Assembly: GCA_051251855.1 (NCBI GenBank)
Contig: JBPOGI010000003.1
Coordinates: 64,001 to 128,000, forward strand
Direction: 5' to 3'
Source of the DNA: Roseibacillus sp.
GTDB taxonomy: Bacteria; Verrucomicrobiota; Verrucomicrobiia; Verrucomicrobiales; Akkermansiaceae
Length of the DNA: 64,000 bases
In this document: positions 29,100 through 38,145 of the stretch, in pieces
How the letters are laid out: each line of letters opens with the position of its first letter
Position numbering within the stretch: position 1 is the stretch's first letter
Position numbers and translations under genes: made by a program
The notes under the pieces: model-generated
Databases searched by the model: none
Seen by the model: the letters and a program-made list of their open reading frames with translations, nothing else
Told to the model about the DNA's origin: nothing

Positions 29100-30152
29100 A
29101 TGAGTCGCGAGGATATCAAACGTCTGACAGAGCTTTCTTCCTGTGCGGGATGAGCATCGAAACTTTCCCAAGCTGATTTAACGCAGGTCTTGCGTGGATT
29201 GGCTAATGTTGAGGATCCGAATCTCTTGGTGGGTTCGGCGTCGTCGGATGATGCGGCGGTGTATCGGATTTCCGATGAGCAGGCGCTGGTGCAGACTTTG
29301 GACTTTTTCACGCCCATTGTGGATGATCCTTATCAGTATGGGCAGATTGCGGCGGCGAATTCGTTGTCGGATGTCTATGCCATGGGCGGGCGTCCCATTA
29401 CCGCGATGAATATCGTGGGGGTGCCGACAGATAAGATTTCGTTGGAAACGGTGAATGCGATTTTGCGCGGAGGCGCCGATAAGGTGGCGGAGGCGGGTTG
29501 TGTTTTGGCTGGTGGTCATACTGTGATGAATCCGGAGCCTCTTTATGGGCTTTCGGTGACGGGCTTGGTGCATCCGGATAAGGTGATTTCCAATGCGGGG
29601 GGCAAGGCGGGCGATGTGCTATTGCTGACCAAGCCGTTAGGGACGGGGATTCTGTCGACGGCGGTGAAGCGGGGAATTGATATTGGTGGTTTGGAAGAAG
29701 TGGCGGCGGGCCTGATGGCGAGTTTGAATACGCCGGGAACTCCGGTAGCGGAGGCAGGGCTGACGACTTGCGGGACGGATGTGACAGGCTTTGGCTTGCT
29801 AGGTCATTTGATTGGGATTTGTCGGGAGTCGGGAGTGACGGCGCATTTGGATGCGGCGGCCATTCCGGCGATTGATGGCAAGGTGCTTTCTTTGATCGAG
29901 GAAGGGTGTGTGCCGGGTGGTTCGCGCAAGAACTTGGAGACGGCTTTGCCGAAGGTGAACTTTGCGAGCGGGGTGAGTGAGGCGTTGCAGATTCTGTTAG
30001 CGGACGCTCAGACTTCGGGTGGCTTGTTGCTGGCGGTTTCCCCTGAGAAGGTGGCGCAGGCGGAGGATGTTCTTCATCAAGCCGGTGCACCTATTGTGGT
30101 GAAAATTGGTGAGTTGCGTGAGCGTGAGGAGAAGGATGTGGAGGTAGGGTAG
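29100..30152 (+). CDS. selD: Selenide, water dikinase (selenophosphate synthetase), selenocysteine-containing
   Basis: ATG 29100 gives MSREDIKRLTELSSCAG-UGA(29151-29153)-ASKLSQADL, in frame with DDAAVY, QTLDFFTPIVDDP, AANSLSDVYAMGG, TDVTGFGLLGH and DAQTSGGLL. Confidence 0.93.
29171..29204 (+). promoter_or_regulatory. Putative bacterial SECIS hairpin
   Basis: AGCTGATTT-A-ACGCA-GGTCT-TGCGT-GGATTGGCT stem-loop just 3' of the UGA, with a G-starting apical loop. Confidence 0.7.
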
Positions 30153-30165
30153 AGCAACGGACTTT

Positions 30166-30513
30166 GTGAGGTTGCGTTTGAAAAGTCGGATAGAGCGTAT
30201 AGGAACGCGTCATTGGCTCACCTTACCGCGTTGCTTCCTGCTCACTATTGGAGGGGCATTTGTGGGTGTTTCTGGGTTGGTGAACTTTACTCAAGGCGAG
30301 AGTGGAGGGTGGCCGCTCTGGGCGGGTCTTCTGCTGGTAGCATTAGCTTTCGCGGGATTCCTATTGATTACAATTGGCCTCTTGGCGGACAAGAAAGCTG
30401 CTAAACAATGGGCAGGGCGCACAGGAGGAGGGCATCTGGAGGTCTCCGTCTTAGTGGCTGTGGTTGCTACACCTCTCTATTTTGTTCTTAAAATTTTTGA
30501 GCGGGAATCCTAG
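30166..30513 (+). CDS. Small hypothetical membrane protein
   Basis: ORF with three hydrophobic segments. Confidence 0.55.
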   Translation: MRLRLKSRIERIGTRHWLTLPRCFLLTIGGAFVGVSGLVNFTQGESGGWPLWAGLLLVALAFAGFLLITIGLLADKKAAKQWAGRTGGGHLEVSVLVAVVATPLYFVLKIFERES

Positions 30514-30632
30514 GTATTGGACGTACGATTTAGGGTTCTGGCGTTGAGTCGTTGGCAATCGGATGGATTGTTTGGTTGTGCTCGATTGAAGAGCTGAACG
30601 GACCGTTGGGTTGGCTTGGAAAGCGGCGCTCC

Positions 30633-31817
30633 TTATTGGAGGGCGAGGCGCAGGCCTTTGGCTTTATGGAGGGTCTCTTCGTATTCGGCTTGGGGGGTAG
30701 AGTCGGCGACGACTCCCGAGCCGACGTGGTAGTGAGCGAGGCCAAGAGCTTTTTCGTGAATGAGGGTGCGGATGACGATGCTGAATTGGGACTCGCCGTT
30801 GAGCCCAAAGTAACCAAGAGCACCGGTGTAGAGTCCGCGTGGGGTGGGCTCGAGTTCGGCAATGATTTCGCGAGCGCGTTTTTTAGGTGCTCCGGTGATG
30901 GAGCCTCCGGGGGAGCAGCTGGCGAGAGCATCAAGGTGGGTGATCCCTTCGTTGAGGGTGCCGGAGACGGTGGAGACGAGGTGGTGGACCTGTGCGAGGG
31001 ATTCCAGTTGGGCGAGGGCGTCGACTTCGACGCTGCCGAACTCGCAAATACGCCCGAGGTCGTTGCGAAGGAGGTCAGTGATCATGAGAAGCTCGGCCAT
31101 CTCTTTTTCGGAGGTCTTGAGTTCGTGAGAGGAGCGAAGGTCGCTGGCGTGGTCGTCGAAGCGAGGGCGGGTGCCTTTGATGGGGCGGGTTTGGATACTG
31201 TTTCCTGAGAGGCGGAGGAAAAGTTCGGGGGAGGAGGAGAGGATTTCGCGGTCGCCGGTATCCAGGTAGGCTGACATGGGGGCAGGGGAGGCTGCGCGCA
31301 GCTTTTCGTAGTAGGGGAGGAGGCTTTCAGTGCTGACTTTGGCTTCGAAGCGTTGGGCGAGATTGACTTGGTAGATGTCTCCGGCTGCGATGTAGTTCTG
31401 CGCGGTGGCGACGATGCTTTCGAAGTCTTTGCGGGAGAAGTTGCTGCTCCAATCCTCGAAGGGGGGGGGAGTGGGGACGTTGTTCTTTTGGCGTTGGAGA
31501 GAGAGGTCTTTGGCTCCGACTTCGTGCCATTCCTCGGTGTGGTGGGAGTAGAGGAGGAGGTTGCGGTAGAGTCCGAACCAGAATTTGCCGTCGTAGTCGA
31601 CGGTGCCGATCCAGGCGCCGAGGGGAAGGCCGGAGTCAGGTCCCGAAAGTTGGGAGGCACGATAGTTGTCGGAAAATTCTGCGAGGTCCGTGGGCTGATG
31701 GAGGTCGCCCGCAATGATTTGTTCGGGATTGGCGCCGATGATGGAGTGAGGAGCGTTGGCGTCGTGGGGCAGGTTGCCAGAAGTATCGAGGAAGACGGGG
31801 TGCCGGAGATGGCTCAA
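30633..31817 (-). CDS. pabB: Aminodeoxychorismate synthase component I / anthranilate synthase component I family
   Basis: GDIYQVNLAQ, SSSPELFL, RPIKGTRPR, ELLMITDLLRNDLGR, PGGSITGAPK; frame extends to a CTG at 31886. Confidence 0.85.
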   Translation of the reverse strand: MSHLRHPVFLDTSGNLPHDANAPHSIIGANPEQIIAGDLHQPTDLAEFSDNYRASQLSGPDSGLPLGAWIGTVDYDGKFWFGLYRNLLLYSHHTEEWHEVGAKDLSLQRQKNNVPTPPPFEDWSSNFSRKDFESIVATAQNYIAAGDIYQVNLAQRFEAKVSTESLLPYYEKLRAASPAPMSAYLDTGDREILSSSPELFLRLSGNSIQTRPIKGTRPRFDDHASDLRSSHELKTSEKEMAELLMITDLLRNDLGRICEFGSVEVDALAQLESLAQVHHLVSTVSGTLNEGITHLDALASCSPGGSITGAPKKRAREIIAELEPTPRGLYTGALGYFGLNGESQFSIVIRTLIHEKALGLAHYHVGSGVVADSTPQAEYEETLHKAKGLRLALQ

Positions 31818-31974
31818 CTCATGGAAGACATCGAGGGGTGCGGTGTTCCAGGGCAGGGGGTGAAGGGTGGCCGATTGTGTTTTCAGGGCGGGATGATTCT
31901 ACTGCTTTTTAGGCGAGGAGCAACTGTCGGTTTGAAACTGGTATCGGGTTTGGGAAGGTGCCATGGTCAGTGGC

Positions 31975-32556
31975 ATGAAAGTGTGTCTCATTTTGGGTGT
32001 TTTTCTGTTGGCGGTGGGATGTGGCCCGCAGGGTCGGATTGCGTCGCCGGAGCAGAATGTGGCGGAGCGTTTTGAGGTGGAGGAAGGTCTTCGGTCTCGT
32101 TGGACTTGGACCGTCCCAGGCGGTCCGGCAGTTTTGTCGTTGGCAGCGGATGGGCCTCATGAAATGTATTGGACGGTGAGCGATAAGAGTCTGCCGAACG
32201 TGCGTCGCTCCCGCCTTGCTTCGTTGCAGACCGCAACACGTTTTTTTTCACAGGGGCCTTCGGGGGTGAAGGAGGTTCGCTTTAGCCCCTCGGGTAGGAC
32301 GATTTTGGCCTATGAGTTTTCTCGGGATGGTTCGCGCTTCCAAACCGTTCTTTTTCAGAATGACGATTACACAGGCGCTTGGAGGTCTCGCTACCTGAAC
32401 CTTGGCGAGAAGGCAAAAACGAAGACGCGCAAGCTGGATGACCGTTCCAAGGTGCCAGGGCTGCTGGAACCAGCGATTGCTCCCAAGATCCTCCGGTTGG
32501 ATGAGGACCTCGTGATTTATGAGGTTGAGGGGAAGACTCGCTCTTTGGAGCTTTAA
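31975..32556 (+). CDS. Hypothetical lipoprotein
   Basis: MKVCLILGVFLLAVGC lipobox-like leader. Confidence 0.6.
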   Translation: MKVCLILGVFLLAVGCGPQGRIASPEQNVAERFEVEEGLRSRWTWTVPGGPAVLSLAADGPHEMYWTVSDKSLPNVRRSRLASLQTATRFFSQGPSGVKEVRFSPSGRTILAYEFSRDGSRFQTVLFQNDDYTGAWRSRYLNLGEKAKTKTRKLDDRSKVPGLLEPAIAPKILRLDEDLVIYEVEGKTRSLEL

Positions 32557-32565
32557 ATCTTCCGT

Positions 32566-33165
32566 CTACCAAGCGCCACTGCGGTCAAATTTGACAACAC
32601 CATCGACGATGCCGCGAGCAAGTTGGTCGCGGTAGGCTCCTTTCATGGACTTTGTGCGTTCTCCAGAGTGGCTGAGGAAGCCGCCTTCGACGAGGATTGC
32701 TGGATGCTTGCAGTGGCGGAGAACGTAGTAGCGGGCGTATTTAACGCCGCGGTTGGAGGCTCTAGAATTGGTCAGCATCCCAGAGTGACAATAGGTGGCG
32801 AGAGCTTTGCTTTTGCTGGAGTGATAAAAAGTTTCGAGGCCTTGAACGTGGCTTTTCCAGGTGGAGTTGTAGTGCACGCTGATGAAGATGGCATTGCGAT
32901 AGCGATTGGCGATGGCGGCTCGTTGGGATAAGGAGACGAAGGTGTCGTTCTGCCGAATCATCACGGTGCGATATCCTTTACGTTTAAGGTAATACTCGAC
33001 GCGCATGGCAGTATCGAGAGCGAGGTGCTTCTCGTAGATTTTGCCATAGTGACCGCCAATATCCCGACCACCGTGTCCGGCGTCGATGATGACGGTCTTG
33101 GCGCTGAGAAAGCTGAGGAGGGAGCTCAAGAGCAAGAGAGCGAAGAGACGAGTAAAGAATTTCAT
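32566..33165 (-). CDS. N-acetylmuramoyl-L-alanine amidase (Amidase_3)
   Basis: IIDAGHGGRD, EKHLAL, FISVHYNS, PAILVEGGFLS; signal peptide. Confidence 0.93.
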   Translation of the reverse strand: MKFFTRLFALLLLSSLLSFLSAKTVIIDAGHGGRDIGGHYGKIYEKHLALDTAMRVEYYLKRKGYRTVMIRQNDTFVSLSQRAAIANRYRNAIFISVHYNSTWKSHVQGLETFYHSSKSKALATYCHSGMLTNSRASNRGVKYARYYVLRHCKHPAILVEGGFLSHSGERTKSMKGAYRDQLARGIVDGVVKFDRSGAW

Positions 33166-33225
33166 TTCTATAACATTTATTAAAAATTAACCAAAATTAA
33201 CTAATTGAGCAAGTTCTTTAAAAAC

Positions 33226-34092
33226 TTAATCAAACAAGAGGGATGGACGCTCCGAAATTTTACGAAGTTTTGCCTTACGGGCTTTTTGAGCCTCAGGGTC
33301 GAATACCATTCCTCCAGCGACTTTGACTTCGCCATTAGCGAAGGCTACGAGCCGTGGGTCGCCACTCGGACCTCGTTTATAGATGGTGCGTTTGGCAACT
33401 TTGCCTCGAGAGTCGATGAGAACATGGACGAAGCGATCTGGAGCTCCTAGGTAAAGGACGTTGAGACGCCCTTCTTTATCAACGGTGGACTCGGGAGGGC
33501 GGTGTTGAAGAAGTTCTCCGATCGGATATGTCATCACAACCCTGCGCTCTTGAACGAGTTCTGCTTGGAAATAGAGGTAGGAGGTGCGTCCGGGGGCAAA
33601 CGAGATGAGGCGATAATCACGGGCATTTCCGCCGAGGCCTACGCGTTGTTCATAAATGGTGCGACCTTTGGTAATATCGAAAGTCTTTCGGGCTGATTGG
33701 AAAGTCTCTCCGGTGGGCAGAGTGATGACTGTGTAGACGGTATACTTACCGTAGGAATGGAGGGGGAAGAGGGTGTTAAGGTCGAGCTGTTTGGCGACGG
33801 AACGTCCCACGGGGATCTTGGCTGCTTGGAAAGCCAAGCCTTTATAGGGGGCAACTGGGTTCCCTCTTTGGTCGCTGATCATGACATTGAGCCACGAGCG
33901 CCGGCCATCACCATGGAGCAGAAGTTCTCGACCCGCACGGTTGGTAATTCGAACGGCGAGGGGGATGGGCTCGTGAGGAATGAACTGTTGTCTGCTGAGC
34001 TGTAAATCAACATTCAGCTGCCCGAAAGACTGTCCTTGGCAGCCCAAGAAGAGTAGGAAGAGTGCAAAAGTGCGGGTGAAGAAGGTTTGCAA
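33226..34092 (-). CDS. Hypothetical exported protein
   Basis: Signal-like N-terminus; beta-rich 288-aa ORF. Confidence 0.7.
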   Translation of the reverse strand: MQTFFTRTFALFLLFLGCQGQSFGQLNVDLQLSRQQFIPHEPIPLAVRITNRAGRELLLHGDGRRSWLNVMISDQRGNPVAPYKGLAFQAAKIPVGRSVAKQLDLNTLFPLHSYGKYTVYTVITLPTGETFQSARKTFDITKGRTIYEQRVGLGGNARDYRLISFAPGRTSYLYFQAELVQERRVVMTYPIGELLQHRPPESTVDKEGRLNVLYLGAPDRFVHVLIDSRGKVAKRTIYKRGPSGDPRLVAFANGEVKVAGGMVFDPEAQKARKAKLRKISERPSLLFD

Positions 34093-34149
34093 GCCCCCTT
34101 TGAAAGAAATATCGCGCCTCGCCGCAAGCGAAAGTCCTGTTTCGTGCGA

Positions 34150-35604
34150 TTATTGTTTCACCGAGTAGACCAGTCGGAAACCGATATCGTCTCGCTGGAC
34201 GGAGGGATTATCGACCCATTCTCTGGTGAGGCTGCTGTCGCGAATCTTCTTAAAAGAGCCACCTAGAACCACTGGCTTGGCAGAATCGATGGGGAAAGCA
34301 GGGTTTTTTGACCGTTCGGCGGCCCACTCAGCCACGTTACCTGCGAGACCGTAGATTTTCTCACCGGGACCACCGACTGGCCCCCACTGCTTGCGTTGCT
34401 TATTTGCAGTGGCGAGAGAGCTACTCGCAGCCCACCATTCTTGCTCCGTAGGGAGGCGCCCGTTTTTCCAAGTGGCGTAGGCTTGGGCAGACCACCAGTC
34501 GACGCCGATGACGGGGCAATCGAGGGCCATCTTGCGGCCTTCCCATGTCTTCTGAGCGCGGGCGAGGGGAAAGTATTGGTTCCAGTGAGCTGGTCTGACG
34601 TTGGTCTTATCCTCGGGAATGTCTTCTGGCCAGAGAGCTTGCCTTTTCTGTTGGGTCATTGACTGCCAGGCAATCATGAATTCGGAATACTCCTCGATGG
34701 TGACTTCGGAGGCATCGATGCGGAAAGGCGAGAGCTTAATGAGCCCACCATTGGGTCGAGGGTAGCGGCCCTCTGGGACGGTCAGGACTAGATCAAGCTC
34801 GACTTCGTCACCTCCACTTTGAAAGGCGAAAATACCAATGATGATAGAGATGACCCCAAAGATGAGTCCCGCGATCATGGTTCCTCGAAGGCTCTTCTTG
34901 CTTTCAAGAATGGGGGTGGAGCGTGGAGGCGGGATGGTGGCTGCACCCAGTTGCTCATCGACTTGGTGCGCTAATTTCTCTGCGCGGCTCCAGGGGATGG
35001 GCTCTTGGAGCTCGGTTCCCTCGATGTAGTCCAATAGGGTGCCCATACGGGTGGCACCAGGTTGTCCGAATTCGAGGAGTTGGCGCAGTACGCTTGCAAA
35101 TGCTTGGCGAGAGGAGTTGTCGTCGGCAGCGGGACCAGCCTTTGCGAGGTTACGAATACGCACCGTGTTGTTGAGGCCCAAACGAATATCCTTCCCGTCG
35201 AAATCGGTCCGAGCGATGCCCCGCCGCTCAAGAGTGTTCATGGCTCCAGCGACTTGGGCAATGACACGGGTGACTTCTATGGGCAGGAGGTGCTGGCGGT
35301 CGTGAGCTACTGAGGCGAGGCTCTTGGATGGGAGTGCCTCGCGGGCGAAGGCGATGAATTCTTCGGTGGGAATGGCTTCATAAACGAGGCCGAAAACGCC
35401 GTCTTCTACAATGGCCTTCACCCGGATGTCAGTAAGAAAGCCGTCAGGGTCTGGTCCATAGTAACAGACGACTTCCACTTCCCTTTTGACGCTGACTTGC
35501 TCGCCAGACCAGACTTGCCGATCAATATCGGACTCGATTAGGGAGCCGAGGGTATAGTCTCCAATTTGGAGACCTGATTCTAGAACTGGAATTTGCTGAC
35601 TCAA
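34150..35604 (-). CDS. Degenerate Ser/Thr kinase-like N-domain + TM + FGE-sulfatase (SUMF1-like) domain protein
   Basis: IGDYTLGSLI and QVSVKREV kinase-like start; TM; FRIDASEVT, CPVIGVDWWSAQAYATW, RLPTEQEW, GLAGNVAEW, GGSF, IGFR. Confidence 0.8.
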   Translation of the reverse strand: MSQQIPVLESGLQIGDYTLGSLIESDIDRQVWSGEQVSVKREVEVVCYYGPDPDGFLTDIRVKAIVEDGVFGLVYEAIPTEEFIAFAREALPSKSLASVAHDRQHLLPIEVTRVIAQVAGAMNTLERRGIARTDFDGKDIRLGLNNTVRIRNLAKAGPAADDNSSRQAFASVLRQLLEFGQPGATRMGTLLDYIEGTELQEPIPWSRAEKLAHQVDEQLGAATIPPPRSTPILESKKSLRGTMIAGLIFGVISIIIGIFAFQSGGDEVELDLVLTVPEGRYPRPNGGLIKLSPFRIDASEVTIEEYSEFMIAWQSMTQQKRQALWPEDIPEDKTNVRPAHWNQYFPLARAQKTWEGRKMALDCPVIGVDWWSAQAYATWKNGRLPTEQEWWAASSSLATANKQRKQWGPVGGPGEKIYGLAGNVAEWAAERSKNPAFPIDSAKPVVLGGSFKKIRDSSLTREWVDNPSVQRDDIGFRLVYSVKQ

Positions 35605-35687
35605 AGGATGAGGGCGATACTCTCGAGAAGTGGCTGGAGATCCGCAATCTCCAATTCAGACCTCTGCTTGAATGTTAGAAGGCGAGA

Positions 35688-36794
35688 CTAGGGGAGAGGA
35701 GGAAGGAGAGGATTCTCGAAGTTAAAGTCATCGGGAACGTAGTTTTCAGGGTAGAAGTAGACTTCTTCACCAGGGGCAGCGACTTCTTTGGCAAGGCGGC
35801 GTGGGGAGGCGAGCCGGTCGATGAGCGCGCTCTCGTAGAAAAGTTCGACGACTTGACCGAAATACTTTCGTTGACCGAGGAGGTGGCTAGTGCCGTCGTC
35901 TTGAGAGGGGATTTCGTAAATAACACGTAGGAGTTCTTCGCCGCCGTCCTGCCAGTCGACGGGCGGAGTGACCCACTGAGTATCCATGGAACTGGTAATC
36001 TCGTCTCGTAAGCGATGTCTTCCCTGAAGCTCGTCGTAAAGATTGACTTGAACGAGAAGGGCTCGGTTGAGCTCCTCTTGATTCAGTCCAAGGTCTGATG
36101 CGGCGGAAACGGGAATGGTGAGAATCACTCGTTCACCGTTCTCCCAGGTGGTGTCTCGATAGACTCGGACGATACCAAGTTTGAATTTGGTGGCCATGTC
36201 TTCCGGCTCTTCGATGCCGTCGCGGAGTTTGATGGCGGCCATCTCATAGAGACTGCCGGCGCCGGTGGTTCCGAGTTCAAAGACCTTTTGGTAATGGTCG
36301 GCGGCCCGGTCGTAGAGGCCCATAGTGCTGAAAACCTCGGCAAACTGATAGAGAACGTTGGCGTCTTCGGGCGCGGTCTTGGCTGCTTCTTCTAGCTTGA
36401 GCATGGCACGCATGGAGTCGCCCGCGATGCGCAGATTCCGCGATTCCTCCACCAGTAGTTCTACGATGGGGCTGGCAATGGGAGGAGTCCTGAGGGTGAG
36501 CTTTTGGGGTGGATCGAACTGGTAGTCGAGGGGAGGTCCAGCGGGAAGGGGCGGGACTTCAGCTTCGAGATAGATCGGCTTTTCGACTACGATCGTCTCT
36601 TTCTCGGCAGGGAGGGTGCGGTATTGGATGACCTCCTTTTCAACGATCTGAGGTTGAGAAAAGGTGGCCTCTACCGCTTGGGGGCGCTGAAGGCCAAGGG
36701 CCATGCCCACCGCGGCAAGTTCGATAAAGGCGATCAAACCGAGAACCCAGCACGCCGTGTGAAAGGTGGTCAATCGCGTTTCGTCATTAGCCAT
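35688..36794 (-). CDS. Membrane-anchored TPR-containing protein
   Basis: N-terminal TM, Pro-rich linker, TPR-like LEEAAKTAPEDANVLYQFAEVFSTMGLYDRAADHYQKV. Confidence 0.75.
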   Translation of the reverse strand: MANDETRLTTFHTACWVLGLIAFIELAAVGMALGLQRPQAVEATFSQPQIVEKEVIQYRTLPAEKETIVVEKPIYLEAEVPPLPAGPPLDYQFDPPQKLTLRTPPIASPIVELLVEESRNLRIAGDSMRAMLKLEEAAKTAPEDANVLYQFAEVFSTMGLYDRAADHYQKVFELGTTGAGSLYEMAAIKLRDGIEEPEDMATKFKLGIVRVYRDTTWENGERVILTIPVSAASDLGLNQEELNRALLVQVNLYDELQGRHRLRDEITSSMDTQWVTPPVDWQDGGEELLRVIYEIPSQDDGTSHLLGQRKYFGQVVELFYESALIDRLASPRRLAKEVAAPGEEVYFYPENYVPDDFNFENPLLPPLP

Positions 36795-36852
36795 TGGATA
36801 GGGGTGAGAGTAGCCGATCGGAGGGCGGGTCGTCAATGACGGAGGTGGCGTG

Positions 36853-37815
36853 TTAGGCCGCGCTGGTATTGGAAAAAAGACGGGGGAGATCGGGGAGGTC
36901 GGAGGCGGTGCGGGCGGGTTGTTGTGAGAGGATTTTCCCGTCGCGATAGAGGAAGGCTCCAGGCATCTGAAGTCCGTCCCCTGCGAGGTGGCCGACTCCA
37001 CAACCTCTAAACAGCGCGATAGCACCGCGCAACCAAACTCGGGGACCAAAGAGTTCGAGGAAGCCTCCTTTGCCCAAGCCGAAGGTGCGGTAAAGTTCAC
37101 AATTAGGATCGGCGATTCGGGGTATGGAGCTGGAAGAGGAGCTGGTCAGATAGTCCTGACTATCGCTTTCTTGCAGCATGTGAATGAGAATCAGTTGGGA
37201 ATTGTTAGATTCCGCTTGGGCTTTGAGGTCTTGGAGGCTACGGAGAATTTGCCGGGTGAAAGTGCAGCCAAAGTGTCGGAGAAAGACGAGAGTGACGGTC
37301 TTGTCTCTTGAGGCCTCTGCAAGGGTCTCGCCTGTGGAGAGCTTGTAGGCGCGCGAGGCTTCCTCAAGGGTATAGGGCTTTTCCCGGGTGATGGGTTTAC
37401 CGATCTTGGCTTGCATCGTTTGCCACAGGATGAGGGCGAAGGGAATCCACCAAATGAGGTCGTTAGTAATGATGATCCAAGCCGAAGAAAAGGGGAGGGC
37501 GCCGGTGTAGATGGCCTTGGCGAATCCAATCGGTCCGAAGACTTTCCCCATGAAGCCCACTAGGACGATGGGCCAGTGACGGATGGGGTTCTGGGCGGCG
37601 ATGAGGTAGCCCACGCCGAAGACGCCCACGATCATGCCGACGGATTGCCAAAGCTCGGGATATTTAGACCGTTCCATACTGGACCAATCGAACCAAAGGT
37701 GGGGCCAACAAACTGCCCAAATGCCGAAGGCGATGTTGTAAAGACCTGCTGCGATGAGAACGACCTTCATCCATCTAGGAAAAAGGCAGTCGGGACTGGA
37801 GCAGGATTTTTGCAT
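36853..37815 (-). CDS. Membrane protein fused to a peroxiredoxin-like (AhpC/TSA-2, SelL-related) redox domain
   Basis: AAGLYNIAFG...NDLIWWIPF membrane domain; VFLRHFGCTFTR, ADPNCELYRTFGL, GDGLQMPGAF. Confidence 0.8.
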   Translation of the reverse strand: MQKSCSSPDCLFPRWMKVVLIAAGLYNIAFGIWAVCWPHLWFDWSSMERSKYPELWQSVGMIVGVFGVGYLIAAQNPIRHWPIVLVGFMGKVFGPIGFAKAIYTGALPFSSAWIIITNDLIWWIPFALILWQTMQAKIGKPITREKPYTLEEASRAYKLSTGETLAEASRDKTVTLVFLRHFGCTFTRQILRSLQDLKAQAESNNSQLILIHMLQESDSQDYLTSSSSSSIPRIADPNCELYRTFGLGKGGFLELFGPRVWLRGAIALFRGCGVGHLAGDGLQMPGAFLYRDGKILSQQPARTASDLPDLPRLFSNTSAA

Positions 37816-38145
37816 GGGAGAGAGTCGTTTCCTTTTGAGTTTTCGCAAGGGGGAGTTTCTGAGGCGGCTTTGAGATTCCGATGCTTCTTTAGGCTGTTGG
37901 GTATTTGTGGAGTGAAACGATGCAGTGTGGAATGGGAAGAGCTTCTGGTTCAATCTGTGGTTGTTAAGAGGGTGTCGATTGACTGAGTTGGAGAAATAGG
38001 ATGAGTGATGAAAGATCGAAGTAGCCCCTTCTTTCTGGGAAGTGGCTGAGGTTCGTTTATGAGGCTGATGAAGAAAAAATGTGAATGACACCTGATTCGG
38101 ACAAGACGGCGGGATGGCTTTAGGGCATGCTGGCCCTGAGAAGCT

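Noticed and set aside
31461..31469. G9 tract in pabB (also G8 at 7014-7021 and 63258-63265) as phase-variation sites
   Set aside because: Short tracts; coding frames are intact and these are not typical contingency genes
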